Shown one piece after another: positions 9,719 to 18,387 of a stretch of 64,000 nucleotides of DNA. The stretch is from the IMG/VR virus record IMGVR_UViG_3300027759_004177, positions 124,001 to 188,000 of that record; one strand, written 5' to 3'. The notes under the pieces were generated by a model, which worked only from the letters and a program-made list of their open reading frames with translations, was not told the origin of the DNA and ran no database searches. A program made the position numbers and the translations under genes. How positions within the stretch are numbered: position 1 is the first letter of the stretch; each line of letters opens with the position of its first letter.

Positions 9719-9955
9719 TTATTTGTCCGTGTTGTATGGTCCAATGCCCATTTGTTTTTGATACTCTTCCTTGAGGATTTTTTTGCCGTCAATCATCATC
9801 ATACGTTTACCGGTGTCCTCGTCTGTAAATTCCAATATCCAATCACCTTCGATATCACCCGGGCACATGTATTTTTGGCAGTTGTAGACACCCACAGCAA
9901 AATGTATTACAAAATACGCCATGCCAAGAACAAACCAAAAACGCCAATGGTACAT
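9719..9955 (-). CDS. Small membrane-anchored hypothetical protein
   Basis: N-terminal hydrophobic helix; operon packing. Confidence 0.65.
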   Translation of the reverse strand: MYHWRFWFVLGMAYFVIHFAVGVYNCQKYMCPGDIEGDWILEFTDEDTGKRMMMIDGKKILKEEYQKQMGIGPYNTDK

Positions 9956-9957
9956 GA

Positions 9958-10167
9958 TTAACCTTGAACAAATACTTCTACAGTTTGAACATGACCAACA
10001 AATTGTTCAAACGTCATGGTATCGTACGGGCTGTGACAGTAAAACGCTTCGGGCATTTTAACTCGCTGGCCATTTTTATAGCACTCGTGGAATGTTTTGA
10101 TGTTGTCTGGTTCCACATCATCCCAGGGACGATATTCATAACCCAAATAATTATAGATGCTATTCAT
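9958..10167 (-). CDS. Hypothetical protein
   Basis: Operon packing. Confidence 0.65.
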   Translation of the reverse strand: MNSIYNYLGYEYRPWDDVEPDNIKTFHECYKNGQRVKMPEAFYCHSPYDTMTFEQFVGHVQTVEVFVQG

Positions 10168-10413
10168 TTAATAATCTCCAAAATAAACATTAAAGGCACG
10201 AGCATTGTGTTTGAGGGTACTGCGATTTCTTCGGTGTGGGCCACGATACACTATGCGAAAACGATATCCCAACTGACGTAATCCACGTCGAACTGTTTCT
10301 AACTGACTGATCGGAATCATACGCATTTCAGGATTTGCTTGCACAGTCATATACACATCATTAAAGCCGGCAATGAACGATTGTGTACGAAGTTCTTGTG
10401 GAACGTATGGCAT
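10168..10413 (-). CDS. Basic hypothetical protein
   Basis: Operon packing. Confidence 0.65.
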   Translation of the reverse strand: MPYVPQELRTQSFIAGFNDVYMTVQANPEMRMIPISQLETVRRGLRQLGYRFRIVYRGPHRRNRSTLKHNARAFNVYFGDY

Positions 10414-10414
10414 C

Positions 10415-10843
10415 TTAGTTGGCCTCGTAAGCGGCTTTGAGTTTTTTCATAAACTCAGCACGGATCTTGGCCGCTTGTTTGGGAGTGTACGGAGCATCAT
10501 CTTCACCAACTGATGTAGAGCCAATAACAAGACGTGGCTTGGTAACTTTGACGGTGCGTGGCTTGGCCGGCTTCTTGGGTTTTGCAAACGGATTTTCATC
10601 CTTGATCAAGCCAGTAAGCAGGCCTGTGGCTTCAGGCGTATTGAACTTGGGGTAAGAAATTGCCAAGTTGGTAAGAACATACTTGGCGGCGTCATTTTTA
10701 GTCATTGGGGTTGGCAATATTGCCATACTGATGTCTGTGTCACCTAACTTGGCCAACTGTTGGGCACGACTAATGTCGTTGGCAGTACGGAATTTTAACG
10801 CACCGTCGACACGGCTAAAACCTGCGAATTGAACTGTACTCAT
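10415..10843 (-). CDS. Basic early protein (possible nucleic-acid binder)
   Basis: AAGGAGC RBS; sigma70 promoter at 10873-10901; Lys/Pro-rich linker. Confidence 0.75.
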   Translation of the reverse strand: MSTVQFAGFSRVDGALKFRTANDISRAQQLAKLGDTDISMAILPTPMTKNDAAKYVLTNLAISYPKFNTPEATGLLTGLIKDENPFAKPKKPAKPRTVKVTKPRLVIGSTSVGEDDAPYTPKQAAKIRAEFMKKLKAAYEAN

Positions 10844-10872
10844 ATCTGCTCCTTATTAGTTACTATACAAGT

Positions 10873-10901
10873 ATTATACTATTTTGGGAATTATTGGTCT
10901 A
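10873..10901 (-). promoter_or_regulatory. sigma70-type early promoter
   Basis: TAGACC-N17-TATAAT; spacer nearly identical to the promoter at 43363-43391. Confidence 0.75.
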
Positions 10902-11037
10902 CCATTTTTTGAGGGTGTTTTTGACTGCGTTTATAGCGGGTTTTGAGCTCCACACGCTGGGGGCGAAACGGGGTGTCGCGAAAAAACAACACATTGTGAA
11001 TGCGTGTTCGGCGTGGGATTTGTTGCTGATTCTTCAT
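10891..11037 (-). CDS. 48-aa ArfA-like basic protein (not in ORF track)
   Basis: MKNQQQIPRRTRIHNVLFFRDTPFRPQRVELKTRYKRSQKHPQKMVDQ; own promoter at 11047-11075. Confidence 0.65.
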   Translation of the reverse strand: MKNQQQIPRRTRIHNVLFFRDTPFRPQRVELKTRYKRSQKHPQKMVDQ

Positions 11038-11046
11038 AATATAGTA

Positions 11047-11075
11047 ATTATACAATATTACGAATTTTAGGTCAA
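11047..11075 (-). promoter_or_regulatory. sigma70-type early promoter
   Basis: TTGACC-N17-TATAAT. Confidence 0.85.
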
Positions 11076-11291
11076 CTAGTGCAGGGTATTGGTCAGTTGG
11101 TCCGGATCTGTGTAGCCCAGTATTGCAAATATCTTGGCTAGTTTTTCTGGAACTTCAAACGGCATATTATCAGGTAGAAATACACTTTTTAATTCGCCAT
11201 TGGGTCCAAGTATAATACCATAGTCATCGTCTTCGATTTCTGTGTCATATAAACCATCTTCGATTGCTAATTCTTCTGATAACTTAGTCAT
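11076..11291 (-). CDS. Acidic hypothetical protein
   Basis: ATGA-coupled ORF. Confidence 0.7.
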   Translation of the reverse strand: MTKLSEELAIEDGLYDTEIEDDDYGIILGPNGELKSVFLPDNMPFEVPEKLAKIFAILGYTDPDQLTNTLH

Positions 11292-11899
11292 GATAGCTCC
11301 AGTTTGTATCTACTAATATACTTATTCACTTGTTTTTCTAATTTTAACATAACTTTACGATCTCGCCTAAAGTATCGGTTATACATGCGATACACTTTTG
11401 TCAAGACCATGTGCTGTTTATAAACTACCATTTCACTGGCCACATTAAAAGCATGAGCCTGTATTTCATCTTCACATCCTAGATAGTCCTGCATGGTTTC
11501 GTTGTATCTAGAATTTAGTCGATCTCTATAACCACGACCGTGACGGTATCCACGCCGACGGCAATAATATTGATGCAAGTATTCGTGAGTCAAGATGTCT
11601 GCCAAATGGAAACTCATTGCCGCCCAGTCGTAGTTTTTAAAACCAATTTTACGACAGCGTGGACTAAAGTTTAAGGTGATATAAACACAAGGTTCGTTTT
11701 GTTCATCTTCGTGCGGTCGATATTCGCCAAGAATGGTAAAGTTCTTGCGTGTCAAGTCCGGATCTCGTACACAGGCGAATCGCAACTGTGGGTCACGGAA
11801 CTGCATACGGATCAGGTGTGTGAATTGCTCGGGCGTAAAAGTCCGGCCACTGTGTCTTGTGGCCAGAGACTCCAAACGCTCAAGAGCTAGAAAAAACAT
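11288..11899 (-). CDS. HEXXH zinc-metallopeptidase-like protein
   Basis: ILTHEYLHQY plus downstream DEIQAHA. Confidence 0.65.
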   Translation of the reverse strand: MFFLALERLESLATRHSGRTFTPEQFTHLIRMQFRDPQLRFACVRDPDLTRKNFTILGEYRPHEDEQNEPCVYITLNFSPRCRKIGFKNYDWAAMSFHLADILTHEYLHQYYCRRRGYRHGRGYRDRLNSRYNETMQDYLGCEDEIQAHAFNVASEMVVYKQHMVLTKVYRMYNRYFRRDRKVMLKLEKQVNKYISRYKLELS

Positions 11900-12214
11900 T
11901 TATTTAAATAAGATCAAGGCCATTATGACTGCTTGTAGTATAAATCCAGCACCAATGGTGATGATGTTGAACATGTCTTTGAGAATGATAGCACGTCCAA
12001 ATAACAGTACCAGGCCGGCCCACATGAACAACACTATGTCGATAGGCGGAGTACGATCACTCAACCCAGTCAGTAGTGCTAACAAGGTTGGAATGGTAGC
12101 ACAATGTATTACTATGGGTGCCAACCATCCTAGGGTGTCGGCACTGAGCTGACCAAAATGATTGCTAAAAAATTTACTTATAACAGGTTTGAAATTGTTG
12201 ATATCGAATTTCAT
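11900..12214 (-). CDS. Small three-TM membrane protein (PQ-loop/SemiSWEET-like)
   Basis: Three hydrophobic helices; LGWLA...IPT. Confidence 0.55.
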   Translation of the reverse strand: MKFDINNFKPVISKFFSNHFGQLSADTLGWLAPIVIHCATIPTLLALLTGLSDRTPPIDIVLFMWAGLVLLFGRAIILKDMFNIITIGAGFILQAVIMALILFK

Positions 12215-12792
12215 CGGTTTTCCCTATAAAAAATGTGACGACCAATTTTGGCCACTTGTGGTTTGCCCCAGCGTGGGTTTACATAGTCAGCATGATAATA
12301 CATGGCTTCCTTCATGCTGGGCAAACGGAAGTTTTCCAGTAGAACTTTTTTGGCCACTTCTTCACTTTCTTTGTAGTGTGCCGCATAAATGGGTTTGACT
12401 CGGCTGACACCATCACAGGTCCAACTGAACTGGCAAACGATTTTTTCATAGATTACATTTTTTTGATAAACCACACCGCACACATCACGTCCAAAGCGAC
12501 CGTCTTCCACACGGTTCATAGTAACTTGTGCTACTGCCACTTTGCCTTCAAACGGTTCTGTTGCGGCTTCGTAATAAATGTTTTTGGTCAAGCATTCCAA
12601 TTGTTTGGTCCGCTCTGTGACACTCACAAATCCCTGACGATAAACTTCGTTGTCGACTTTGAGAGTTTGTAATTTGGTATTGGTAACTACAACAACCACA
12701 GCAACCAAAACCATAAAGCAAATTAAACGCATTGATGTTTTTACTAGTTGAACAGCATCAAGGTGTTTAATCTTATCCAAAATTGCGATCAT
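12211..12792 (-). CDS. Cell wall hydrolase SleB/Hydrolase_2 with N-terminal TM anchor
   Basis: CLTKNIYYEA, GKVAVAQVTMNRV, VVYQ, CQFSW, YYHADYVNPRW, IGRHIFY. Confidence 0.9.
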   Translation of the reverse strand: MIAILDKIKHLDAVQLVKTSMRLICFMVLVAVVVVVTNTKLQTLKVDNEVYRQGFVSVTERTKQLECLTKNIYYEAATEPFEGKVAVAQVTMNRVEDGRFGRDVCGVVYQKNVIYEKIVCQFSWTCDGVSRVKPIYAAHYKESEEVAKKVLLENFRLPSMKEAMYYHADYVNPRWGKPQVAKIGRHIFYRENR

Positions 12793-12848
12793 ATAATTCC
12801 TCCTTTTTTGGACTTCGTAGTTCTATTTAAGTATCGAAAACAATAGTA

Positions 12849-12877
12849 ATAATACTATATAAGTGACGCAAAGTCAA
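12849..12877 (-). promoter_or_regulatory. sigma70-type promoter
   Basis: TTGACT-N17-TATTAT. Confidence 0.6.
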
Positions 12878-12916
12878 GGTAAGTATTGCCCAATGGCGAA
12901 AAACGCAGTTAAAACC

Positions 12917-14923
12917 CTACTTATTCTGGGATAAGTATGTAGTTAATGACACGTTTTGAGCCTGACTTTGGTAGATTTTGAGTCTGGGATCAGGATTGTT
13001 GTAGATATTTACACCTACCCCATTTAGGGCACGAGTGTTGAGAGTTTCGGCGACCGCGGCCCGAATTGAGTCTCCGGCCGCATCATTGGTTATAATATTG
13101 GCAAAAAACTGGTATCCTTCAACTTGTGTTTTGTCGCTGGCTGTTTGACCAATATTTTCAGCAAAACCCAAAAGACCCAATGTGGTACCCGATGTGAATA
13201 CTACTCCGGCACGATTCAAGTTGGCCACTTCGACAGCAACACGATCCAACATTGTGTACCACCCGGTGTTACAAACGGATGTGGCATCGGCCAATGTACC
13301 GGTAGTTGGTAATGAACTCAGTGCAGAGTTTACTGTTGTAACATTTGAAGTTATGATAGAAAACGGCAACAACAAAAGTGGATTGGGTGGCGTTCCATCC
13401 CCGGCACCTTCACTGCTTTCAGGAATTTCTGACGCCAAATATGCATTGTAAGCATTGCTGTAATCAATGATGGCCCGGTCGAGACTGGCCAAGGATGTGG
13501 TAATGCCTGCCTGGTTAGCCAATGTGTTATAGTTAGAATTTATAACATAGAATTTATTGGTGTAAGGATCACCGGCACAGGCACCAAGATAATCAACCAT
13601 TACAGGATTGCCCAGGGCTCCTGATCCGGTACCAAATGCATTGGTCAATGTGGTGACAGTACTGCCGTACAATATATTAGATGCAGAATTGGCTGTCAAA
13701 TACGATAAAGTTGGAGTTTCTAAAGTTAGCAAAAATCTGCTCATTTCTGCCCAAGACCTAAATCTGGCCTGTCCAAGTTTTTTTCCAAGGTACTGACCAA
13801 GCTCTGTGAATGTGTATATTCCCAAGGCATTTAGTGCTGAGTATAAGTTGGCTGGCACTACCTTGTTAAGATCGAGATAATCTGCTAGAGTTAACAATTG
13901 ACTGGCGTTGCCAGTACTGGTTGTTATTCCAGTTGCTGTAACTGCAGCGGCCAAATTGCCGCCGGTAACAGTTTTATAAATGTTCAGTACCACAGTAGGA
14001 CTATTGCCAGTGACAGCTTCTGTTATTGTTGTTTCTTTGAGTGTTGGAAATTCTATTTCGCCCACAAACGAAGAAACAGTGGTCATTACTTCTTCTTGTA
14101 TGGTGGTGGTTTTGACCGCTGGAACATCGGGCAGGTTGGTGATATCCAGGCCCACATTGGTCAATTGATCTGCCAGGGCATTCAGATAACCTAGATTTTG
14201 ATTTAATATGTTTTGACCAAACACATAAGGATCACCGATTTGTGTAATGTTGTTGATATCATACATGGTTCCCCAATTGGCCACGACATTGGCTAATAAA
14301 ACAGCATTGGTGCCAATACCATTGGTAACTAAATCTGTTGGACCAGCAAATCCCACTCCTGTTTGGGCATAGGTTGTATTTCTCAACATCGACATAGAAC
14401 TTACTGTATCAAAAACCTGTTGGGCATAACCTTGACTACGCTGATATATGTTGGCAAATCCCGAATAGCCCGAATCAAAAGGCAATTGGGCCTGTTTTTT
14501 AACAATGCCGCTAACACCAGTGAGTGTACAGTTTTTGATCACGTTACCATTAAATGATGCGCCAAATACATTTCCCGTGGTGGTATAAATTTTTCCAAGA
14601 TGTGATATAAAGCTGCCGGTTGCAATCACGGTATTGGCAGTCCAGGCAGTGATCGACGCACTACTGGTAGGAGTTACATTGCCTGGATATAGGTCTAATA
14701 AAAAATGACCAGACGTTATGGTACTGCCGATGGTATTTAATTGAGAGACAATGTTGGCAGTTTGACTGGGTGAAATACCCGAGTTGATGTAACAGTTGGC
14801 AAATGACGCTAAAGCCGAGTTGGTTTGATAGGCGGAGATATTGGCTAGTAGTGCCGGACTAGCACCAAGGCCTTGGCTGTTGATGATACTGCTGGTGGCA
14901 TTTAACGCAATGGCTGTGGCCAT
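12917..14923 (-). CDS. Virion structural protein (baseplate/tail region)
   Basis: 668-aa T/N/A/G-rich ORF directly downstream of PAAR. Confidence 0.65.
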   Translation of the reverse strand: MATAIALNATSSIINSQGLGASPALLANISAYQTNSALASFANCYINSGISPSQTANIVSQLNTIGSTITSGHFLLDLYPGNVTPTSSASITAWTANTVIATGSFISHLGKIYTTTGNVFGASFNGNVIKNCTLTGVSGIVKKQAQLPFDSGYSGFANIYQRSQGYAQQVFDTVSSMSMLRNTTYAQTGVGFAGPTDLVTNGIGTNAVLLANVVANWGTMYDINNITQIGDPYVFGQNILNQNLGYLNALADQLTNVGLDITNLPDVPAVKTTTIQEEVMTTVSSFVGEIEFPTLKETTITEAVTGNSPTVVLNIYKTVTGGNLAAAVTATGITTSTGNASQLLTLADYLDLNKVVPANLYSALNALGIYTFTELGQYLGKKLGQARFRSWAEMSRFLLTLETPTLSYLTANSASNILYGSTVTTLTNAFGTGSGALGNPVMVDYLGACAGDPYTNKFYVINSNYNTLANQAGITTSLASLDRAIIDYSNAYNAYLASEIPESSEGAGDGTPPNPLLLLPFSIITSNVTTVNSALSSLPTTGTLADATSVCNTGWYTMLDRVAVEVANLNRAGVVFTSGTTLGLLGFAENIGQTASDKTQVEGYQFFANIITNDAAGDSIRAAVAETLNTRALNGVGVNIYNNPDPRLKIYQSQAQNVSLTTYLSQNK

Positions 14924-14924
14924 G

Positions 14925-15254
14925 TCATGGACCTACATATACGTTGGGAATACCTTCGGTGACAAAATGTTGTCCACAAGTGCAAGGTGCACCTAACATG
15001 GCAACTGGTCGCCATTCTACTAGAATGTTGGGAATACCCTGTGCTATCACTGCAGCGGCACAGACTGGATTAAATCCAGGTGCTTTGGGATTGTAAGGAT
15101 TGCCGTGTATAGTAATCAAAGATCCCACATAAGCCGTTGGCAAGCCAGCTGTACCAACTCTTACAGTCTGGGCTCCAAGTGCTATAACTCCCGGGGGTGG
15201 TGGAAATCCATTGACACTTGCAGGGATTCCACAGCTGGCTATTGGTACTGGCAT
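14925..15254 (-). CDS. PAAR-like spike-tip protein
   Basis: GAQTVRVG..GLPTAYVGS..HG, GIPNILV..RPVA..G..CTCG.H. Confidence 0.8.
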   Translation of the reverse strand: MPVPIASCGIPASVNGFPPPPGVIALGAQTVRVGTAGLPTAYVGSLITIHGNPYNPKAPGFNPVCAAAVIAQGIPNILVEWRPVAMLGAPCTCGQHFVTEGIPNVYVGP

Positions 15255-15566
15255 TTAAGTTATGATCCCACCTTTGGTAACTGGCTGAATACCTGTGGTA
15301 GTTTGGATATAGTGTGCTTCTAACTTATCTACTACCGGACTATGCATGATTACATGAGTTTTGTTCAGCGTTATATTAGTATTTATATCCGCAGAAAACA
15401 GGCTTTGCATGAGTCCCAGACCCTGTGGGCTAGGCACCACTGTGCAGGGTCGACTTACTACAAATGCTGAGTCAGTTTCTTCTACCAATTTGGCAATGGT
15501 TTCGTCACCATTGACCAGCTTGAAACACACGATACTGCCGGCATTGTAACCTTTTTGAATTAACAT
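15255..15566 (-). CDS. Conserved phage hypothetical protein (Sm-like)
   Basis: FKLVNGDETIAKL pattern; YIQTTTGI C-terminus. Confidence 0.65.
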   Translation of the reverse strand: MLIQKGYNAGSIVCFKLVNGDETIAKLVEETDSAFVVSRPCTVVPSPQGLGLMQSLFSADINTNITLNKTHVIMHSPVVDKLEAHYIQTTTGIQPVTKGGIIT

Positions 15567-15568
15567 TT

Positions 15569-15817
15569 TTATCCTTTGAGTTGTTGAAAAAACTCGTTGT
15601 CTTGTTTGCTTAGTCCTTGATATCCACCTTCTACTAACAGTTCGCCATCTCTATAAATCTGTGGTACTGTTCTGTGCCCTTGTCCAACAATAAAATTTCG
15701 TGCATCTTCATCTTCGTCAATGCGTATTTCTGTATAGTCAATGCCTTTTAGTTTCAACAGGGCCTTGGCCTTGTCGCAGAACGGGCAATGTGTTTTTGAA
15801 TAAACTGTTATCATCAT
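15569..15817 (-). CDS. Glutaredoxin
   Basis: CPFC, RTVPQI and GGY motifs; next to RNR. Confidence 0.93.
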   Translation of the reverse strand: MMITVYSKTHCPFCDKAKALLKLKGIDYTEIRIDEDEDARNFIVGQGHRTVPQIYRDGELLVEGGYQGLSKQDNEFFQQLKG

Positions 15818-15830
15818 TTTTATTATCCTC

Positions 15831-16544
15831 TTATAGTATTTTATCGTTTTTTAGCTGGGCAATAAATTTATCAATCCAATACTTGTAACCTTCACTGTTG
15901 GGGTGGAATCCGTCGTCACTGAGTAAATCAAGTCGAGCACAAGTTTCAAACATGCCCAACTGATCTTCCAATATCCAGTTGGTAAAATCAATTTGATCAA
16001 TTAATGTTTGTAAACTGGAAAATCTTTGAGTACCGTATTCACAGGTGTGTTGAGTCATTGTATTGGGGTCAGCAACAAACTGATTTAACATACAGGTATG
16101 ATATGCAGGTATACCAAGGCTTTTTAGATAACCCTGTGTTTTTACAATTTCTAATATGCTGTTGTAGTATAACTGTTCGTGATCCACAAAGGTATGATAA
16201 TTCTTAAACAACATGTTGGCAAAACTATGATCAAGATGATCCCATCCACCTGCTCCGCCGGTACAAACATAATACTTGTCAAATAGAAATTTTTGTTGAG
16301 CCCAGTTTTTAAATAATTCTTTATTGTCGGTACTTATGCACACATCATATCTTGACAGGCCGGTCCAAGACACGTAAACAACATCAAACTTTTCCCGAGC
16401 AGTGGCCATGACAACAGAGTCGGCAATGTACTTGTTGCCAACCCCAGACTGAGCCAAGTTAACAACCACAGGATCTGGTATGTGTTTTTTAATTAGGGGA
16501 GTTAAATCTTCAGCAAAACTACATCCACTAACCAAAACCTTCAC
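15831..16544 (-). CDS. SGNH-hydrolase-like protein
   Basis: GCSF block I, NLAQSGVGN block II, DGFHP block V. Confidence 0.75.
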   Translation of the reverse strand: MKVLVSGCSFAEDLTPLIKKHIPDPVVVNLAQSGVGNKYIADSVVMATAREKFDVVYVSWTGLSRYDVCISTDNKELFKNWAQQKFLFDKYYVCTGGAGGWDHLDHSFANMLFKNYHTFVDHEQLYYNSILEIVKTQGYLKSLGIPAYHTCMLNQFVADPNTMTQHTCEYGTQRFSSLQTLIDQIDFTNWILEDQLGMFETCARLDLLSDDGFHPNSEGYKYWIDKFIAQLKNDKIL

Positions 16545-17668
16545 AGGCTAAATCCTTTAAAGGTATTTTGGTCTACGTCTTGTTTTGTGCCACCAATCAC
16601 ATAAGTGGTAATTTCTGTTTCTTGTGGAGCAACCTGTACATCTGATCCGGCAATCCATTTCATAGTCCACGGCAGGGGATTACTTGCACCTGGCTTCATA
16701 CCACAATCCAGACCCACTGCGGTCATACGTTTACAGGTCAACCAATCAATGTACTGCGCCAACAACACTTCATTGAGTCCAATCATACTTCCGTCTTTAA
16801 ACAAGTACTTGGCCCAGGCTTTTTCTTGTGCGGCTGCTGCCAAGAACATTTGCTCACACTCGGCCTTGGTTTCCACTTTGAGTAAAGCATAGTCAGGATC
16901 ATCTGTAGGCAATAATTTAAGAAGTGTTTGTGTACTACCCAAATGAATATTTTCATCGCGAGCGATAAGTTTGATAATCTTGGCATTGCCTTCCATTTTC
17001 TTAAGTTCAGCAAAGGCCCATGAGCAAGCAAAACTAACATAAAAACGAATTCCTTCTAGGGCATTTACGCTGTTAAGACACAACCATAATTTCTTTTTAA
17101 GTTGATAAGGATCAACTACAATTTGTTTTCCATTGACTGTATGAGTGCCGTAGCCTAACATACGGAACCAACCGCTGGCTTCAATTAGGTCATCGTAATA
17201 TTTGCTGATGTCTGTGGCACAGGCAACAATTTCATCTAACTCCATCAGCTCATCAAAGATCACGCTGGGATCACTGTACACGTTACGAATGATGTGTGTA
17301 TAGCTACGTGAATGAATAGTTTCGTTAAATGCCCAAGTCTCAATCCAGGTCTCTAGCTCGGGGATGGTGGCGAGAGGAAGGAATGCCAAATTAGGACTGC
17401 GTCCTTGCACAGAATCCAACAGGATCTGACGCTTTAGGTTTGATGTAAAGATATGCTTTTCAAAGTCTGTTAGATCTTTAAAGTCTTTTGCATCGTGCAT
17501 GACATCAATCTCTTCTGGACGCCAAAAGAATCCCAACTGTTTATCTGTGAGTTTGTCAAACTGTCGATACTTGAGTACATCATAACGCTGTACAGCCGGT
17601 GTGCCATTGGTATCAAGAAAAGCCAATGATTTGGTATGATCTGTTTTTTTAATATTGAATACTGACAT
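16541..17668 (-). CDS. nrdB: Ribonucleotide reductase class Ia beta subunit
   Basis: FFWRPEE, LDSVQGR, ETIHSRSY (radical Tyr), LEGIRFYVSF, RDENIH, VAPQETEI..Y. Confidence 0.97.
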   Translation of the reverse strand: MSVFNIKKTDHTKSLAFLDTNGTPAVQRYDVLKYRQFDKLTDKQLGFFWRPEEIDVMHDAKDFKDLTDFEKHIFTSNLKRQILLDSVQGRSPNLAFLPLATIPELETWIETWAFNETIHSRSYTHIIRNVYSDPSVIFDELMELDEIVACATDISKYYDDLIEASGWFRMLGYGTHTVNGKQIVVDPYQLKKKLWLCLNSVNALEGIRFYVSFACSWAFAELKKMEGNAKIIKLIARDENIHLGSTQTLLKLLPTDDPDYALLKVETKAECEQMFLAAAAQEKAWAKYLFKDGSMIGLNEVLLAQYIDWLTCKRMTAVGLDCGMKPGASNPLPWTMKWIAGSDVQVAPQETEITTYVIGGTKQDVDQNTFKGFSL

Positions 17669-18375
17669 TATACTTCCTTTATTTTATCTTTTAATACTGA
17701 AACTATTCTTTGAGCAATTTTTTCTCTGCCCTGTAGATTTGGATGATCGTTACATGGACGAATATATTTTTCGACTGCTGGTCTTCCAGAGTTTAACCAA
17801 TTATACAGGTTAGCTACTAAATTTTTAGATTCCGGAGCATACCACTCCGGGTCAAATTCTGACTGTACCACACACGTTTCTTTAGGGAGTACCCACACAT
17901 GATGCGGAATGCTATTCCACAGTGAATATTGTTTATCGATTCTATTAGAATATGAAGTTTCAAATGTGCTAATAAACCAGGGTTGTATTTTGTGTTGCAT
18001 ACAATAACTGTACAATGTAAAACAGGTTGATGCAGAGATCCAAGAATCTTGATACTCATTGATACTTTTTTTATTAACATCTGATGATAAATGTATCATT
18101 GTATTATTGTCGTCGTAATAAAATCTACGAGCTGAAGACGTCAATGAAAAAATAGCATGGTCTCCTGCACCAGCACCGCTTTCTGTTAGCAACGGTATCA
18201 TGCTCGGTTGGCTAGATCCTGGAATACTGAAGTTTTTGTATGGCACATTTAATAACTCGCTGACCATTGCAGGATAGCTAGCCAAAGGCTCACTGGGCAC
18301 AATATTATTTTTTTGATACCAGGATTCTAGTTCGCCGACCTCGGCTGACCAACTATCTCCAAAAAAATATAACAT
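17668..18375 (-). CDS. SGNH-hydrolase-like protein
   Basis: GDSW, NFSIPGSS, DHPN. Confidence 0.72.
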   Translation of the reverse strand: MLYFFGDSWSAEVGELESWYQKNNIVPSEPLASYPAMVSELLNVPYKNFSIPGSSQPSMIPLLTESGAGAGDHAIFSLTSSARRFYYDDNNTMIHLSSDVNKKSINEYQDSWISASTCFTLYSYCMQHKIQPWFISTFETSYSNRIDKQYSLWNSIPHHVWVLPKETCVVQSEFDPEWYAPESKNLVANLYNWLNSGRPAVEKYIRPCNDHPNLQGREKIAQRIVSVLKDKIKEV

Positions 18376-18387
18376 GTACAGTAACCC

